Source of the DNA: Zootoca vivipara
Taxonomy: Eukaryota
DNA: 64,000 bases
Direction: 5' to 3'
Assembly: GCF_963506605.1 (NCBI RefSeq)
Contig: NC_083289.1
Span: 10,168,001 to 10,232,000 of the forward strand
The notes beneath the pieces were generated by a model. The model was not told where the DNA came from, searched no databases, and saw nothing but the letters and a program-made list of their open reading frames with translations. A program made the translations under genes and the position numbers. Shown one piece after another: positions 13,801 to 26,100 of this stretch (position 1 is the stretch's first letter; every line of letters begins with the position of its first letter).

Positions 13801-15029
13801 AATGTTTTTAGGGCAGCTGAGCATGCTGCAAAGCAAAGTGCTGGTGGCACCTCAACTACCCAACTTCATTTTCCCAGAGGAACACTATACATTCATGCAA
13901 ATCTGTGTCACAGGCAGGTAGTTTTAAGTCCTTAGCAACAACCAGCTAGTTTTAAAACATATATACACACCTTTGATTTCAACGGACCTGATAAGTAGAT
14001 ACTTAGGTGTTTCCTTCTGAAACCAGCATAGTTTTAAAAAGCTTGGGTTGTATTTAGCTAAGGGCTTCTCCAGACTTACCTTTCCTCCACTCTTTCCAGG
14101 TAGGGGCGCATCCACTTTAAAACTCAGTGTCGAGCACTTCCTCCTCTTCTTCTTTTGTTCCTGAGATTTCCCCTCAAGAACCCGCTCATTAAAGCTGAAT
14201 CAGAGCAAATGGCAATCTGCAGAAAACCTAAATTGCCATGTGCTCCAACTGAGTGCCAAAGCGCAGGTTTTCGCACGGAAATCTGGGGCAAAAATAAAAC
14301 ACTTGACACAGAGCTTTAAAGCACAGGACAGTGCCTGGGGCAATAAGGTAAGTGCAAATCAGCCCAGAGCCCTACTCCGAGCGGACACACTGAAATTGAG
14401 AAATCTAAGTTAGTAACTGTGTCCATTAACTCCAGTGGGCCTGCTCTGAGTAGGACTAGCATTGAATACTGCCACTTGAGTTTGGCTGGATCATTTCCCA
14501 TGTTTGGATCCAGCCTTGGTAAGATGGTTACCGTATAAATCTGCACAGCATCTGGGATAAGGAGAAACTGGGTGCTTTGTTCTTTGGGCTGTTGAGATTC
14601 TCGGCAACTGAAGCAGGCTAGCTTTTCTTGCGGCTTCCAATAGAGGGTGTATGGCTCACTGTGTTCTATGCACTTCTGTTGCAGGCACCCCACATGAAAG
14701 GTCTTAATCCTATCCGCCATTTTCTCCAGTGTTTTGTTTGCTATGAACTTTCGCTCTGGAACGCTCGCATGGCATTGTGGACAGAAGACTCCCTTTTTCC
14801 CCCATACTGCCTCTAGACAATCTTTGCAGAAGTTATGGCCACAGGGCAGAATGACAGGCTCCTTAAACAGCTCTAGACATATAGCACAGGATAACTCTTT
14901 GGTGAAATCATCTGCATGTATCTCCCAAGAGGTTTCAGAAGAACTGGCGCCGGCTGGACGGGCTTCTGCTTCTTTTTCAGTTGTAGTAACTGAGGTAGTT
15001 GAAGGGACTTTGCTTGCGGGTATGGACAT
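4892..15029 (-). CDS. TRIM69: E3 ubiquitin ligase TRIM69 (RING, degenerate B-box, coiled coil, PRY-SPRY), about 506 aa
   Basis: Exons 14532-15029 (C3HC4 RING CAIC..CGHNFC..C..CPQC), 11912-12007 (96 nt), 9669-9902 (234 nt, [10 protein letters not shown]), 8709-8731 (23-nt micro-exon), 6674-6798 ([13 protein letters not shown]) and 4892-5436 ([37 protein letters not shown]). All are GT-AG and phase-compatible. Adjacent to B2M. Confidence 0.93.
7793..8224. mobile_element. Tigger/pogo-like MITE with internal tandem repeats
   Basis: TA-flanked CAGTGGTACCT..GAGGTATGACTG, with a repeated internal unit AACTTTCCCATTGAAAGTAATGGAAAGTGGATTAATC. Confidence 0.85.
12205..12449. mobile_element. DNA-transposon MITE carrying a nested 90-bp hAT MITE (12329-12418)
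   Basis: Outer TIRs CAGTG(T/C)TTTTTT. Inner TIRs CATAGCTGCCAAGTT with 8-bp TSD ACCCCTGC. Uninterrupted relatives of the outer element lie at about 33772-33910 and 44083-44240. Confidence 0.85.
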
Positions 15030-17346
15030 TATAGCAGAAAGAAATGCCCTAAGGCAGCAGTCACGATAGGGCCATCCTGTCAGATGAAAAAGGAGTTAAC
15101 TGAGATTATCATAAAGCATAATAATCAAGGCTGGGCGGCAGTTATGTGAGGACATCCTGTACTGTAGCAAAGCTCTCCTCGATGTGAGACCTCCCAGGGC
15201 AATATCACTGCTATTTATTAGTTTGCCATTTGTTACCCAAATAACTCCAAGTGATTTAAAGCAGAAGGAAAAAGACAACTCCCATAGCAGCCACAGGAAA
15301 CTTTTGGGCATAGTAATAACAAACAATATTGTCTTAGTCGATCAAAAGCCTGGGGGAAAATATAAGTCTTTAATGATGCTGAAAAGATGTCAACAAAGGT
15401 ACCAGGCAGACTTTGCTGGGAAGCACATAGCACCAATAGGGAGTCACAACTGAAAAGACCCTCTTCCTTGTCACCACTATCCAAGCCTCCTCAGAGGGGG
15501 TCCCTGGAGAAGAGCCTCAGAGGAAGGCAGGCATAGGCAAACTCGGCCCTCCAGACTACAATTCCCTTCATCCCATTGACCACTGGTCCTGTTAGCTAGG
15601 GATGGTGGGAATTGTAGTCCCAAAACATCTGGAGGGCCGAGTTTGCCTGTGCCTGGGGTTCATATCGGGAGAAATGTTCTAGAAGATATTGGGGCCCTGA
15701 GCCGTAAAGAGCTTTCAAGGTCAAAAACAGCACTTTTAATGGGGCTCGGAGGCATACGGGCAGCCAGTGTAGTGTTTTGCCTTGAGCATGTCAACAGTCA
15801 CCGCTAATGCTGCCAGGCAGGTGTGGGGCACAGAGGGTTCATGGGGCTGCGATGTGCCACCTGCCTGCCTGCCCACGCAGGGGGAAGTCCAGCTGGCAAG
15901 TCAATGCGGCCTTTGGTGGGTGCATGTGTACGCTGGCCGGGCGGCCATTCGGTGAGTGGGTCAGGGGCGCTGTGGCAAGAACAGGCTGGGCTCTAGGGCC
16001 CAGAAGGGGGTCTTGTCGTCTGGGCAACCCAGGACATCCATCCACATTGCCCCAGGCTTGCGGTTTGATTTCACCCTGGAGGCACACTCCATTACCTCTC
16101 AAGACAAGGCAGGTGCAAACAATAAGGGATAAGATGCTGGGATGAATATAGCCTCTTCACACAAGGTGTACGGTTTACTCAATACATACACAGGAATTCT
16201 GTTGTTTGGGGAAAATAAAGCTTTTGTCAGTACCAACCTATCTTTTCACACTAATACCACTTTCCTGCTCTGGATCTCCCTTTCAAAATTACTGACAGAT
16301 TGAGAATGGGAGCTGGCATTCTGTATTAAAGTAGCTTCCCGTTGCCATCATTTTTCTAAGCAATTTATTCCCAACTCACCTATTTCCCAGAAATAATGCT
16401 TTTCAAGGAGCTATTGTTTCTCTTCCACCCTATCTCATTAGACAGCTTTGCCGTCCTGGCCGATAACTGCCACTCACCAACTGTTTTCCTCTTCCAGAAG
16501 ATTCCATCTGTGTTCCAGTGAAATTATTTGCTCACAGATCCAGCCATCGGGCTCTCCAGATGAGATCAAAGCTTAACTTCCATCAAAACAGGCCTGTTTT
16601 TATTCTTTCCTCAGCATTGCTGTCCAATTCCTTTATGCTGTATAACCAGAAATATCTCTCACATGGTATCCATGGTAAGTAATTACTGATGTGTGCTTCT
16701 CCTCTAGTTTTAATACTGAAAAAAATCCACTTTTGCCTTGCATGTGAAGGTATTTGAAAAACATATTTATAATCTTGGTAAAATCAGTTGTTTACCATCA
16801 GTTTGATTCCCTCTCCACTCTAGAACTGTGGATGTTGGGCCAGAATATGCCTTTGTGGGTTATATGATGTGTTAAAACAACCACGAGTCTTATGACACCT
16901 TAAAGGCTAACACATTTATTACGGTATAACATTTCATGGTGTACAGTTGAGTTCATCAGATGATCCTGAGTAATAGGTGTGTATATATACACAAGCACAC
17001 AGAAATTTCACATTGCAGTCTTCCTTTGATGTTCCTTTGTGGCTACTTTTAGATCATATACAGTGTCTCTTGGAAGGTAGAAATGTTCCCCTACTTGCTT
17101 TTGAATGCTGCCATTTCTGATGTTAGATTTGCAATCATTTATTCTTTCACAGAAGGAATGGCCTGTCACGGAGAACGCAGAAGGGTATATAGTTTCTTGC
17201 TTGGGGTGTGTTTAGAAACCTGTGTCTGGAATGCAGCCTATTGCAAAAGGTAAAAATCCCATCCATTGCCCATCCCACATTTGCCCCTGCAGGAAGATCA
17301 AAGTGTTTCTGATTGGTCCTGCCTTCTTCTGGAAGAAGAGTTAATC

Positions 17347-17647
17347 CAGGGGTCGGTAACCTAAGGCCCCTGGGCCACAAGCTGCCCATGGGGGTCGTTT
17401 AACCAGCCCACGAGCCACCCCCAAACTGAGTGGCCTGCTTGGTGAGTCCTCGCGTGCTGCACTAAAGCAACGCAGCCACTCACTTCCACAGTGCCAGAAA
17501 TCGTGTCTGCGCATGCGCCAGAAATCACATCTGCACAGACGCAGGTAATCGCGGACCCAGGCGCTCACACACACATGCAATCCGACCCACGGAGGGATCT
17601 CCACTGGAGTGAACCGGCCCAGGCAAGGTAAACCTTGCCAACCAGTG
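17347..17647. mobile_element. hAT-type MITE
   Basis: Imperfect TIRs beginning CAGGGGTCGG and a perfect 8-bp TSD AGTTAATC. Confidence 0.85.
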
Positions 17648-18429
17648 AGTTAATCCTTTGCTGTCAGCTCCCCTCTTCTACTGGCCAAGAATTATTTATC
17701 ATAAGCAACTCTGGCAAGAAAGCAGTGAGACAGTTTTCTTTGTTCTGAGCTCTGCAGTTTGTTTTTAGACTAGTTTTAATTTTTTTAAAAAAAAAATAGG
17801 TTACAGCTTGCTACATATGGGCAACAAGCATCTTTTACTTAACTTCTTTTTTCACAGACTCAAAGAGTTATCTGGGGACACTCCCTCCAAGACATGCAAT
17901 GTATTTTGAGACATTGGGATTCGAGTTCTGATACAGATATAACTTGAGGCCTATTTTGTGAAGGGAGTGCAGTGTGATTTACAATCTCTCTCCTTATTTT
18001 GATTCTTAAAGCTCGCTTTTAACTGCAATTGTGTATTATGACAGAGGAGAAATATCATAACGCTCCTTATGATTAGAACATGTTTGTGAAGATACATAGA
18101 GAAGACGTAAATGATTGTTTAATTAATGATTTTTTGTTTTTGTTTTTTTCTACTGTAAATGATTCTTTTGTATGTATATTTTTTGTAAACATGTTGTGTG
18201 CTAATGTTTTTAAAGAAAGAAACTAATAAAAAATATTTATTTTTTTAAAAAAAGAACATGTTTGTAAATATCCGTTGACGAATGTAATCCTGCATTTTGT
18301 ATGCAATCCTGTTTACACTTACCAGGGATAAGGCCTATTTAACATAATAGGACTTACTTATGAGTAAACATGTTTGGGCGTGCCCTGTAAAACCAATAAA
18401 TCAAGGTCACCAACTGTTACATAAGGAAA

Positions 18430-19168
18430 TCTTGGTAGAAGCACTTTATTAAGACTTTTAATAAATGCTAATACTAGCATTAAAAGTTACATTCCAGATA
18501 GGCCAAATGAGAAACTAATTCATAGTCAAAAAAGTGAAATATATAGGATACTCAGAGTAGACCCACCAAAATTAATGGACCAAAGTTACTCAAGTCCAAT
18601 AACTTTAATGGCTCTATTCAAAGTACAACTACGGTAGTATGTGATGCAACCCATAAGCCTTTCTACTTGCTTCTTTTTGCAAAGATTCAAATTCCTGGAA
18701 GATTTTGCTGATAGAAGTATTTGAAAAATCAACAGAAGGTTACATTGTTTTTTATGAAGCCAGATTGAATATCACTGAATGTTACAATAAATGCATGACA
18801 GATCAGATTTCCGAGGCAATCTTCAATTGTCTGCCTACAGAGGACACACATATATGAAAGCCCACATCAAACACTTCAAAGTCTCAAGCACGGCCCATCA
18901 GCAGGTCTCAGCAGGTTTTGATGTATGCGGTTCATGATGGAAAACTATCCAGAGAGCTACATAATCAGTAGAAAGGCAGGAACAGCGGAGGAAGAATGCT
19001 CAAGTAGCAATAAAATGGAAGGCTCTTTGGACCTGGAGAGGAAAAACATAAAACCAACTTTTATACTGACTCATATGTGGGGGGGAAACCCAACAGGGGA
19101 TCAAATACTCCCAAACTACAATTAACCTCTATGTGGTCTTGAGCATCATTATTGCAACCTAATCTTGC
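18430..19168 (-). other. B2M: Probable non-coding last exon (3' UTR) of B2M
   Basis: Exon 3 ends in a GTAAG donor at 23093. There is a pyrimidine-rich CAG acceptor at 19169-19171 and AATAAA at 18445-18450. Mammalian B2M has a non-coding exon 4. The boundaries are inferred. Confidence 0.5.
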
Positions 19169-19630
19169 CTGTTAGTGGCAGGGGAAAGCAGGATAGAAGC
19201 GTAGAAGAGCACTTTGAACGATAAGAAGTATTCGAAGAACTAGCTACAGGCAGAGCTGCAAATCAAGAAACTTATTGGTTCACCAGGAACTCACTGGGTG
19301 GCCTTGACCAGGCATCCCAAACCTGCGGTCCGCCAGGGCCTACAACTCCCATGATCCCTAGCTAACCGAACCAGTGGGCAGGGATGATGGGAATTGTAGT
19401 CCAAAACATCTGGAGGGCCAAAGCTTGGGGATGCCTGGCTTTGACCAAGCCACCCTCTCTTCTCTTAGCCTCAACCCCACCCCACCCCAATATAGGAGGC
19501 AATACTGATTTCAGAAGGGTTGGGTAACATGTGGTGTAGTGACTAGAGTGTTGGACTGGGGTCTGGCAGTCCAGGGTTCGAATTCCCAAATCAGCCAGGA
19601 GACTTGCTGGGTGACATTGGGCTAGGCATA

Positions 19631-19915
19631 GGGCCTTCTGGCGGTTCCCTCACTGCGAAAAGTGAGGTTATAGGAAACCAGGCAGAGGGCCTTCTCGGTG
19701 GTGGAGCCCACCTTGTGGAACGCCCTCCCATCAGATGTCAAGGAAATAAGCAACTATCTGACTTTTAGAAGACATCTGAAGGCAGCCCTGTTTAGGGAAG
19801 TTTTTAATGTTTGATGTTTTATCGTGTTTTAATATTCTGTTGGTAGCTGCCCAGATAGGCTGGGGAAACCCAGCCTGATGGGTGAGGTATAAGAAAAAAA
19901 TTATCACCACCACCA
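19631..19915 (+). mobile_element. L2 LINE 3' fragment
   Basis: Similar to 35864-36125. Confidence 0.75.
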
Positions 19916-20644
19916 CCATCATCATCACCCCAGCCTAAACTAGCTCATAGGACTGAGGATAAAATGGGAGCAGAGACAGAGAAGAACTGTGCATGTTATT
20001 TTTTGTTCCTTGGGCGGGCGGGGGGGATCTACATGAAATTATAAAATAAAAATGGTGTTGGACTTTAGGGGAGAAATTCATCCTTGCATGTATTTGTTTT
20101 CCTGTTCCCTTCGTATCATGCCTTTTTGTAGGACTGTGGGGCAAGGCTGCTTTGCTCCTCTGTCGCAAACTACAAGGAGTGGCTTTTTACACAGTGGGAA
20201 ATGCTAGGTTTCATATAAACCCCACCCCACCCCCATGGGAATGACACAGTGGTTGTAGATGGGGCCATAGGAAGCTCAGCACACATTCAATATAACCCTT
20301 GTGGTGGGTACATTTTATGGCTTGCATTCATTTTTAAAAACCAGTCTGTTCCTTATTGCTAAGAGTTATCTGTGTGCAGCTGTATATATAATTAGAATAG
20401 TGTAATGTTAGTACACCAGAACGGTAAAATATCATTTGAATTATGACGCTATAATCCACCAATGCTTATTTTTTAAAAATAGTTTGCCGCCACCCACCCA
20501 CCCCCCCAAAAAACCACCAACAGTTTCTGGTCCTGCCAGTGGCCAAAAAGGTATTTTTAAAGAAATCATTTAAAATCAACACAGAAAGGAGTTAGTTGGT
20601 ACTGGCATCCATGTTGTAGTATGGCCGACCCAACTCTCTGGGAG

Positions 20645-20885
20645 AAGTGAAGTTACAGGGAACCAGGCAGAGGGCCTTCTCGGTAGTGGCGCCTGCCCTG
20701 TGGAACGCCCTCCCATCAGATGTCAAGGAAATATACAACTATTGGACTTTTAGAAGACATCTGAAGGCAACCCTGTATCGGGAAATTTTTAATATCTAAT
20801 GTTTTACCTTTTTTTTTAATGTGCTGTAAGCTGCCCAGAGTGGCTGGGGAAACTCAACTAGATGGGCGGGATATAAATAATAAAA
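20645..20885 (+). mobile_element. L2 LINE 3' fragment
   Basis: Similar to 35895-36125. Confidence 0.75.
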
Positions 20886-21279
20886 TTATTTTATTTATTT
20901 ATTTATTCATTATTAAGTATACATGGGCAGGCTGAAAATCACGTGCTGTGGCAAGTACAACAAAATGGCTGCCTGTCATACTCCTCCTTCCTCCTATTGC
21001 ATAAACAGGAAATGTGGTTGGGGAGGGGAGGGAGAGGGGGCAGCAGCAGAGAAAAGACCAAGATTGATCTGGAGAGCATGAGATGCAAGGGGAAACTAGC
21101 TGTGTACAACCAGTGGTGGGTCAGGAGGGGGAGGACAGTAAAGAGGAGTACATATGGTTTTTTTGGGGGGGTAGGGTCATAGCCATCCTGCTTTGCATGC
21201 AAAATTTCCCAGCTTCAACCCCAGACATTTCCTGGCAGGGCTGGGGAAGACCCCTAGAGAGCTGCTGCCAGTCAGTGTC

Positions 21280-21415
21280 CAGGCATGTCAAACCTGCGGC
21301 CCTCCAGATGTTTTGGACTACAATTCCCATCTTCCTCAACCACTGGTCCTGCTAGCTAGGGATCATGGGAGTTGTAGGCCAAAACATCTAGAGGGCCGCA
21401 GGTTTGACATGCCTG
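21280..21415. mobile_element. Palindromic hAT MITE copy
   Basis: Near-perfect terminal arms CAGGCATGTCAAACCTGCGGCCCTC. Confidence 0.85.
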
Positions 21416-22384
21416 GAAACGAAGCTGAGCTAGATGGACCAATGGTATGACTCACTAAAAGGGTGCTTTCAGTTTTGCATTATACCCCAAGGGGGTATAA
21501 TATGTTCAATAGGATATTCATCACAATGGCTCCTCCCCCTGACCTGAATGCTGATTAAAAGACTTGAGGGTTCGCCCCGCACCTCAGAAGTTAAGAGAGA
21601 GGTTTGGGGCTCTGAGGGTTTCCCACATTCTCATTTACTCTGCCCAACAGATTTCAGATTCTCACAGCATTCTATGGTGTTAAGGCGCTTTGCCTTTCTT
21701 TCCTTATGCTTGTAGCCAGAAAAAAAATAGCAATAAGCAATCCATTAAAAAAAACAACAACCACAAAAGCGAGGTGGCACCCACGGCAAAAGTTCTAACA
21801 AATGTGTGCTGAGCTGTGATAGGTTCAGTTTCCTAATATACGTCCAAACCCGATTCTTGAATAAAAGTCAGAAGAGTGGCCCAAAGGGCACCTGCTGATG
21901 AATATTGCGCTACTCTTCTGTTCCTTCTGAAAAAAAAGTTGGGCTTTAGGCCCTTTGAGAAAAAGAGCCATGGGGAAAATACAGAACAGCAATGACTGAC
22001 CTGAGAGCAAGTCCTACTAAATTCAATAGGACTTACTTCTGAGTATACATGGTTAGGATTGCACTATAAATGCCTAACATGGAAGCACTGAAGAAGCCTT
22101 GTGTTCCCCCCCACTAAAGTTACCAAAGTCTTGGAACCCCCCAGGATCTTGAAATAATTATTATATATTATAATGTGTTGTATTCAGCTTTTATTTAACT
22201 CACAGTAGATACACTGAAATAGCTATGGCTAACTTTCCTCCATTAATTTGAATGGGTCCACTCTTGAGTAAAAGCTAGCTGAACAGAACTATTTTATTAA
22301 TTTATGAATCACCATTCATATGAGTTTCAAGGTGACTTACAGTAATGGAACAGCTAAAAACAGATTCAAAAGCAAAACAATACC

Positions 22385-22409
22385 CACACACACACACACA
22401 CACACACAC
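22385..22409. repeat. (CA)n microsatellite
   Basis: About 12 units. Confidence 0.93.
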
Positions 22410-23120
22410 TATAAAGAAATATTTTTAAACAAGGTGAGGAAAGGGGGCAACAATAGTCTTTGATCTCTCCACAAAGTATCATCGCAAGGGGTAAAGCTAT
22501 GTTATAGCAAGGTGCTCAAAGGCAGAGTTCTGGGGGGAAATGGTCTTGCAAATTTGTTGATAATCTGGCATCACATGGCACCGATTGGCTAGTACCTCGG
22601 ATGTCACAAACCCACCTACCCCCAATCTCTAGAGCAGTTTGGCCATCTGAAAAAGCTTCCATATTTCCTCAATTAAGACCAGCCAACCAACCCCCTCTAA
22701 CAAATAAATGCCTGTATGGTGATTATATATTTTTAAAATAAAAATTTTAAAAAGGCAAAAAGCCCACTGGAATAGTGAAGTAGGGCAGATGGTGGGCCAA
22801 ACCAAAGATAGATTTGCTGCCAGGTACTGCACAGCTGGGAGGAAAAGATATGGCTCAAGAATTAGGAGCAAGTTCCTTTTCATATTATATCTGTTTTCAC
22901 CCACAGTTTATAACTAGTCCAACACAAAATTGATCCATTTGTCCCTTATGAGAGAAAGGCAAGATTTTTTTTTACATATTTCTTTAAATAAATAAAAATC
23001 ACATTAATGATCATTCATTAGTTATGTTTGTAAAATAACTACACTTTTGTAAAAAGTGATGATTATATTAAATAATTATCATCCATATCTTACCTTTCCT
23101 GCTGAGGGGTCATTTGGTTA

Positions 23121-26100
23121 TTACTCTTGCTCTGTAGAAGAAGAAAACAAGGTAAGTGTCTCTCGGACATACATTGGTCCAATATTTTATGACAGTGTTA
23201 ATCTGAAGCGCCTACAGATTTCTTGATTATGGTCAATGAATGTTTACTGCTCTTGCAAAGGATGACTAGTCGCTCATGACAATTTGTTGCAACGTACCGA
23301 TGCAAATCTTAGCCTGTGTATATGTCATCTGAAGATACAGTATGTGTTTTCTGGAGGGACTACAGATGACAGAGCACAGCTGTTCGTGTTTCAAGACTTG
23401 ACAAGAAAAAGAAAGGGAAGAAAAAGAAGACCACAGTAGCAGATACTCACCCCATTTGACAACCTTTGGTTTCTCCAGGGTGCTGTGCTCCACTCTGCAG
23501 GAGACATCTTCCCCATCTGGAATGACCTTGGCATAGACAAGGCGATTGAAGGCCCAGGTTTTATCAAAAGAAAGGTCAGACTGTTTCACATCAAGTGGCT
23601 TCCCGCCCTTCTCAATTGTGATGTTGATTTTGGGAGGGTGGAAGTTGTCCACGTAGCAATTCACAATGTTTTCTTTGCCCATCTCCACGGGATGGCGGGA
23701 ATAAACTTGTACGTTGGGAGTTCCTGTAGGAATGGGTGAAAGAGGTAAAAAGGCAAGGTTTGGGGATACAGGTTATCATCTGCCATGCTTTATTAGCTGT
23801 GCACTCAGGGCTATATCTGACCTAGGAGATAAATTTCCTATCTGGACTTTGCTTCCATACAAGAAGCTGCATGTATACTGTCACAGACTGAAATCGCCCA
23901 TGTGTCCGTTTTGCTACATATACATAGAACAGGAGCCCACTAGTCCAAGGTGATATCTGGTTTTCAACATCTGATATATCACCAGCTAAACATCACGGTT
24001 TAACAATATATCACTATGTTTGAAATAAGGATGGAGCTGTATAGTCATTGGCTGGCTTAACGGCATAGTGCCTGCTCCTGTGATTCACTGCTCCCTCCAG
24101 AAGGCAGGGAGAGGTGAGCCAGCAGAATTAAGGGGGCTGCAAGATCGAGAGCAGCACTGGCTGGCTGCACTGTTTTTTCCACATTGTGATTTTTGCACAG
24201 CACCCACCCACCCACCATGATTTGCGATGTATTGCCAGGTCAAAAATTATGAAATTGATATCATGATATGGACTTTAAACCAGTTTTGGACGGTATATTG
24301 ATGTATCGCCCAGCTCTAGAACCCACCATCAGTTGTGGCAGTCCTCTGCATGTACAAAACTAAAAATGCACATGTGTGTATCCATTATGTATGATGACCA
24401 CACACGCACACACTGCCCTGCACAGACACAGCATAGGAAAAGCATTTGGTATGAAACAGATCTATCAACCTCCCTGTAAAATAGTTAACTAGGATTTGAG
24501 CCTTTTTATACACATGCTCAGTTATGGGTATAAGCAAAAGCTACTTTTGGGTGAACTCCTAAACCATGGTTTGGAGATGGATAACTGTTGAAGCTTCCTC
24601 GTCACCTCACATTGCACAATTTAATAATTACTTCAAGTTTTAAGTAAACTGTGGTTTGCTGTTATTTCCAAGCTGGTAAAGTATGGTCTGAGTGATCCTG
24701 CTAAACCACAATTGCAAACAATGGTTTGATCCCAGTTGCATGGGCTTATTCAAACCATAACTTTCTGGATTGGACATGCCAACAAACTTTGCTACCTGGT
24801 GTGATCAAACCAAACTATTATGCCACATACAGGGAGGAGAGAGAGAGAGAACTCTCAAGCCTGTGGTTTATTTCCAATCCTCCCCAGGCTTCCTCAAACT
24901 CGGCCCTCCAGATGTTTTTGGCCTACAACTCCCATGATCCCTAGCTAGCAGGACCAGTGGTCAGGGATGATGGGAATTGTAGTCTCAAAACATCTGGAGG
25001 GCAGAATTTGAGGAAGCCTGCTCCACACCATGATTTGGAGGAACTGTTTACATGCAGCTAATTTCCTGCAGAAATAGGTACACTTGTGTTCGCTCTTGGA
25101 GCTCGTCTACACCAATTAATGACTTTGTTCGAAGGCCTTGCAATTATATTTATAACTGTCCAATTTTTAAATGTCACTGTTATTATAAATAAACCATGAG
25201 TTTATATGGTATTAAGCATCTTCCTATGCTCCCTGTCAGACCATTGCTCATCTAGCTCAGTACCAACTAGTATTTGACTTTCTGTGTCATGTGTCTTTCT
25301 AGCCTTACGTGTCCTGGAGGTTCAATGCATTGAATGTGGAATGTTCAGCATGCAAAGCAGAACTGTGCTGCCGCCCTATTCCAGACCTGTGAAATCTCTG
25401 GTACTCTAGAATTTATTGGACTACAACTCCAATCAACATGGATCACTAGCCATTACTAGCTGGGGCTGATGGGAGCTGGAGTCCAAAAACACATGGAGGG
25501 CCACGGATTCCCTATTCCTGCTCTATTGCCATTCATCTCCCCCTGCTGGGTGGTTCGCAATAGCAGCTCTAAAGGTAAAGGGACCCCTGACCGTTAGGTC
25601 CAGTCGCGAGTCGCTCTATAGGCCGAGGGAGCCAGCGTTTGTCCGCAGACAGCTTCCGAGTCATGTGGCCAGCACGACTAAGGCGCTTCTGGAGAACCAG
25701 AGCAGCACACGGAAACACCATTTACCTTCCCGCCGGAGCGGTACCTATTTATCTACTTGCACTTTGACGTGCTTTCAAACTGCTAGGTTGGCAGGAGCTG
25801 GAACCGAGCAATGGGAGCTCACCCTGTTGAGGGGATTCAAACCGCCGACCTTCCAATTGGCAAGCCCTGCCTAGGCTCTGTGGTTTAGACCACAGCACCA
25901 CCTGCGTCCCATAATAGCAGCTCTACCAGTGTACTAATATACAATCAAAAGAGGGGGGTCCCCAAATGCATGTTTGGGGACTAAAGTAAAGATGGCCTAA
26001 AGGTAGATTCCGGGTTTGTAAAACAGGAAGATTACCGTGTGTGTACTAGGAGAAAGGGAAATAAAAAGCGAAAGCAACATTTGCTCTGCACTCAGAAAAG

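Noticed and set aside
15800-15915. Possible HDV-like ribozyme in a retroelement-like sequence
   Set aside because: I could not assemble consistent P1, P2 and P3 pairings by eye.
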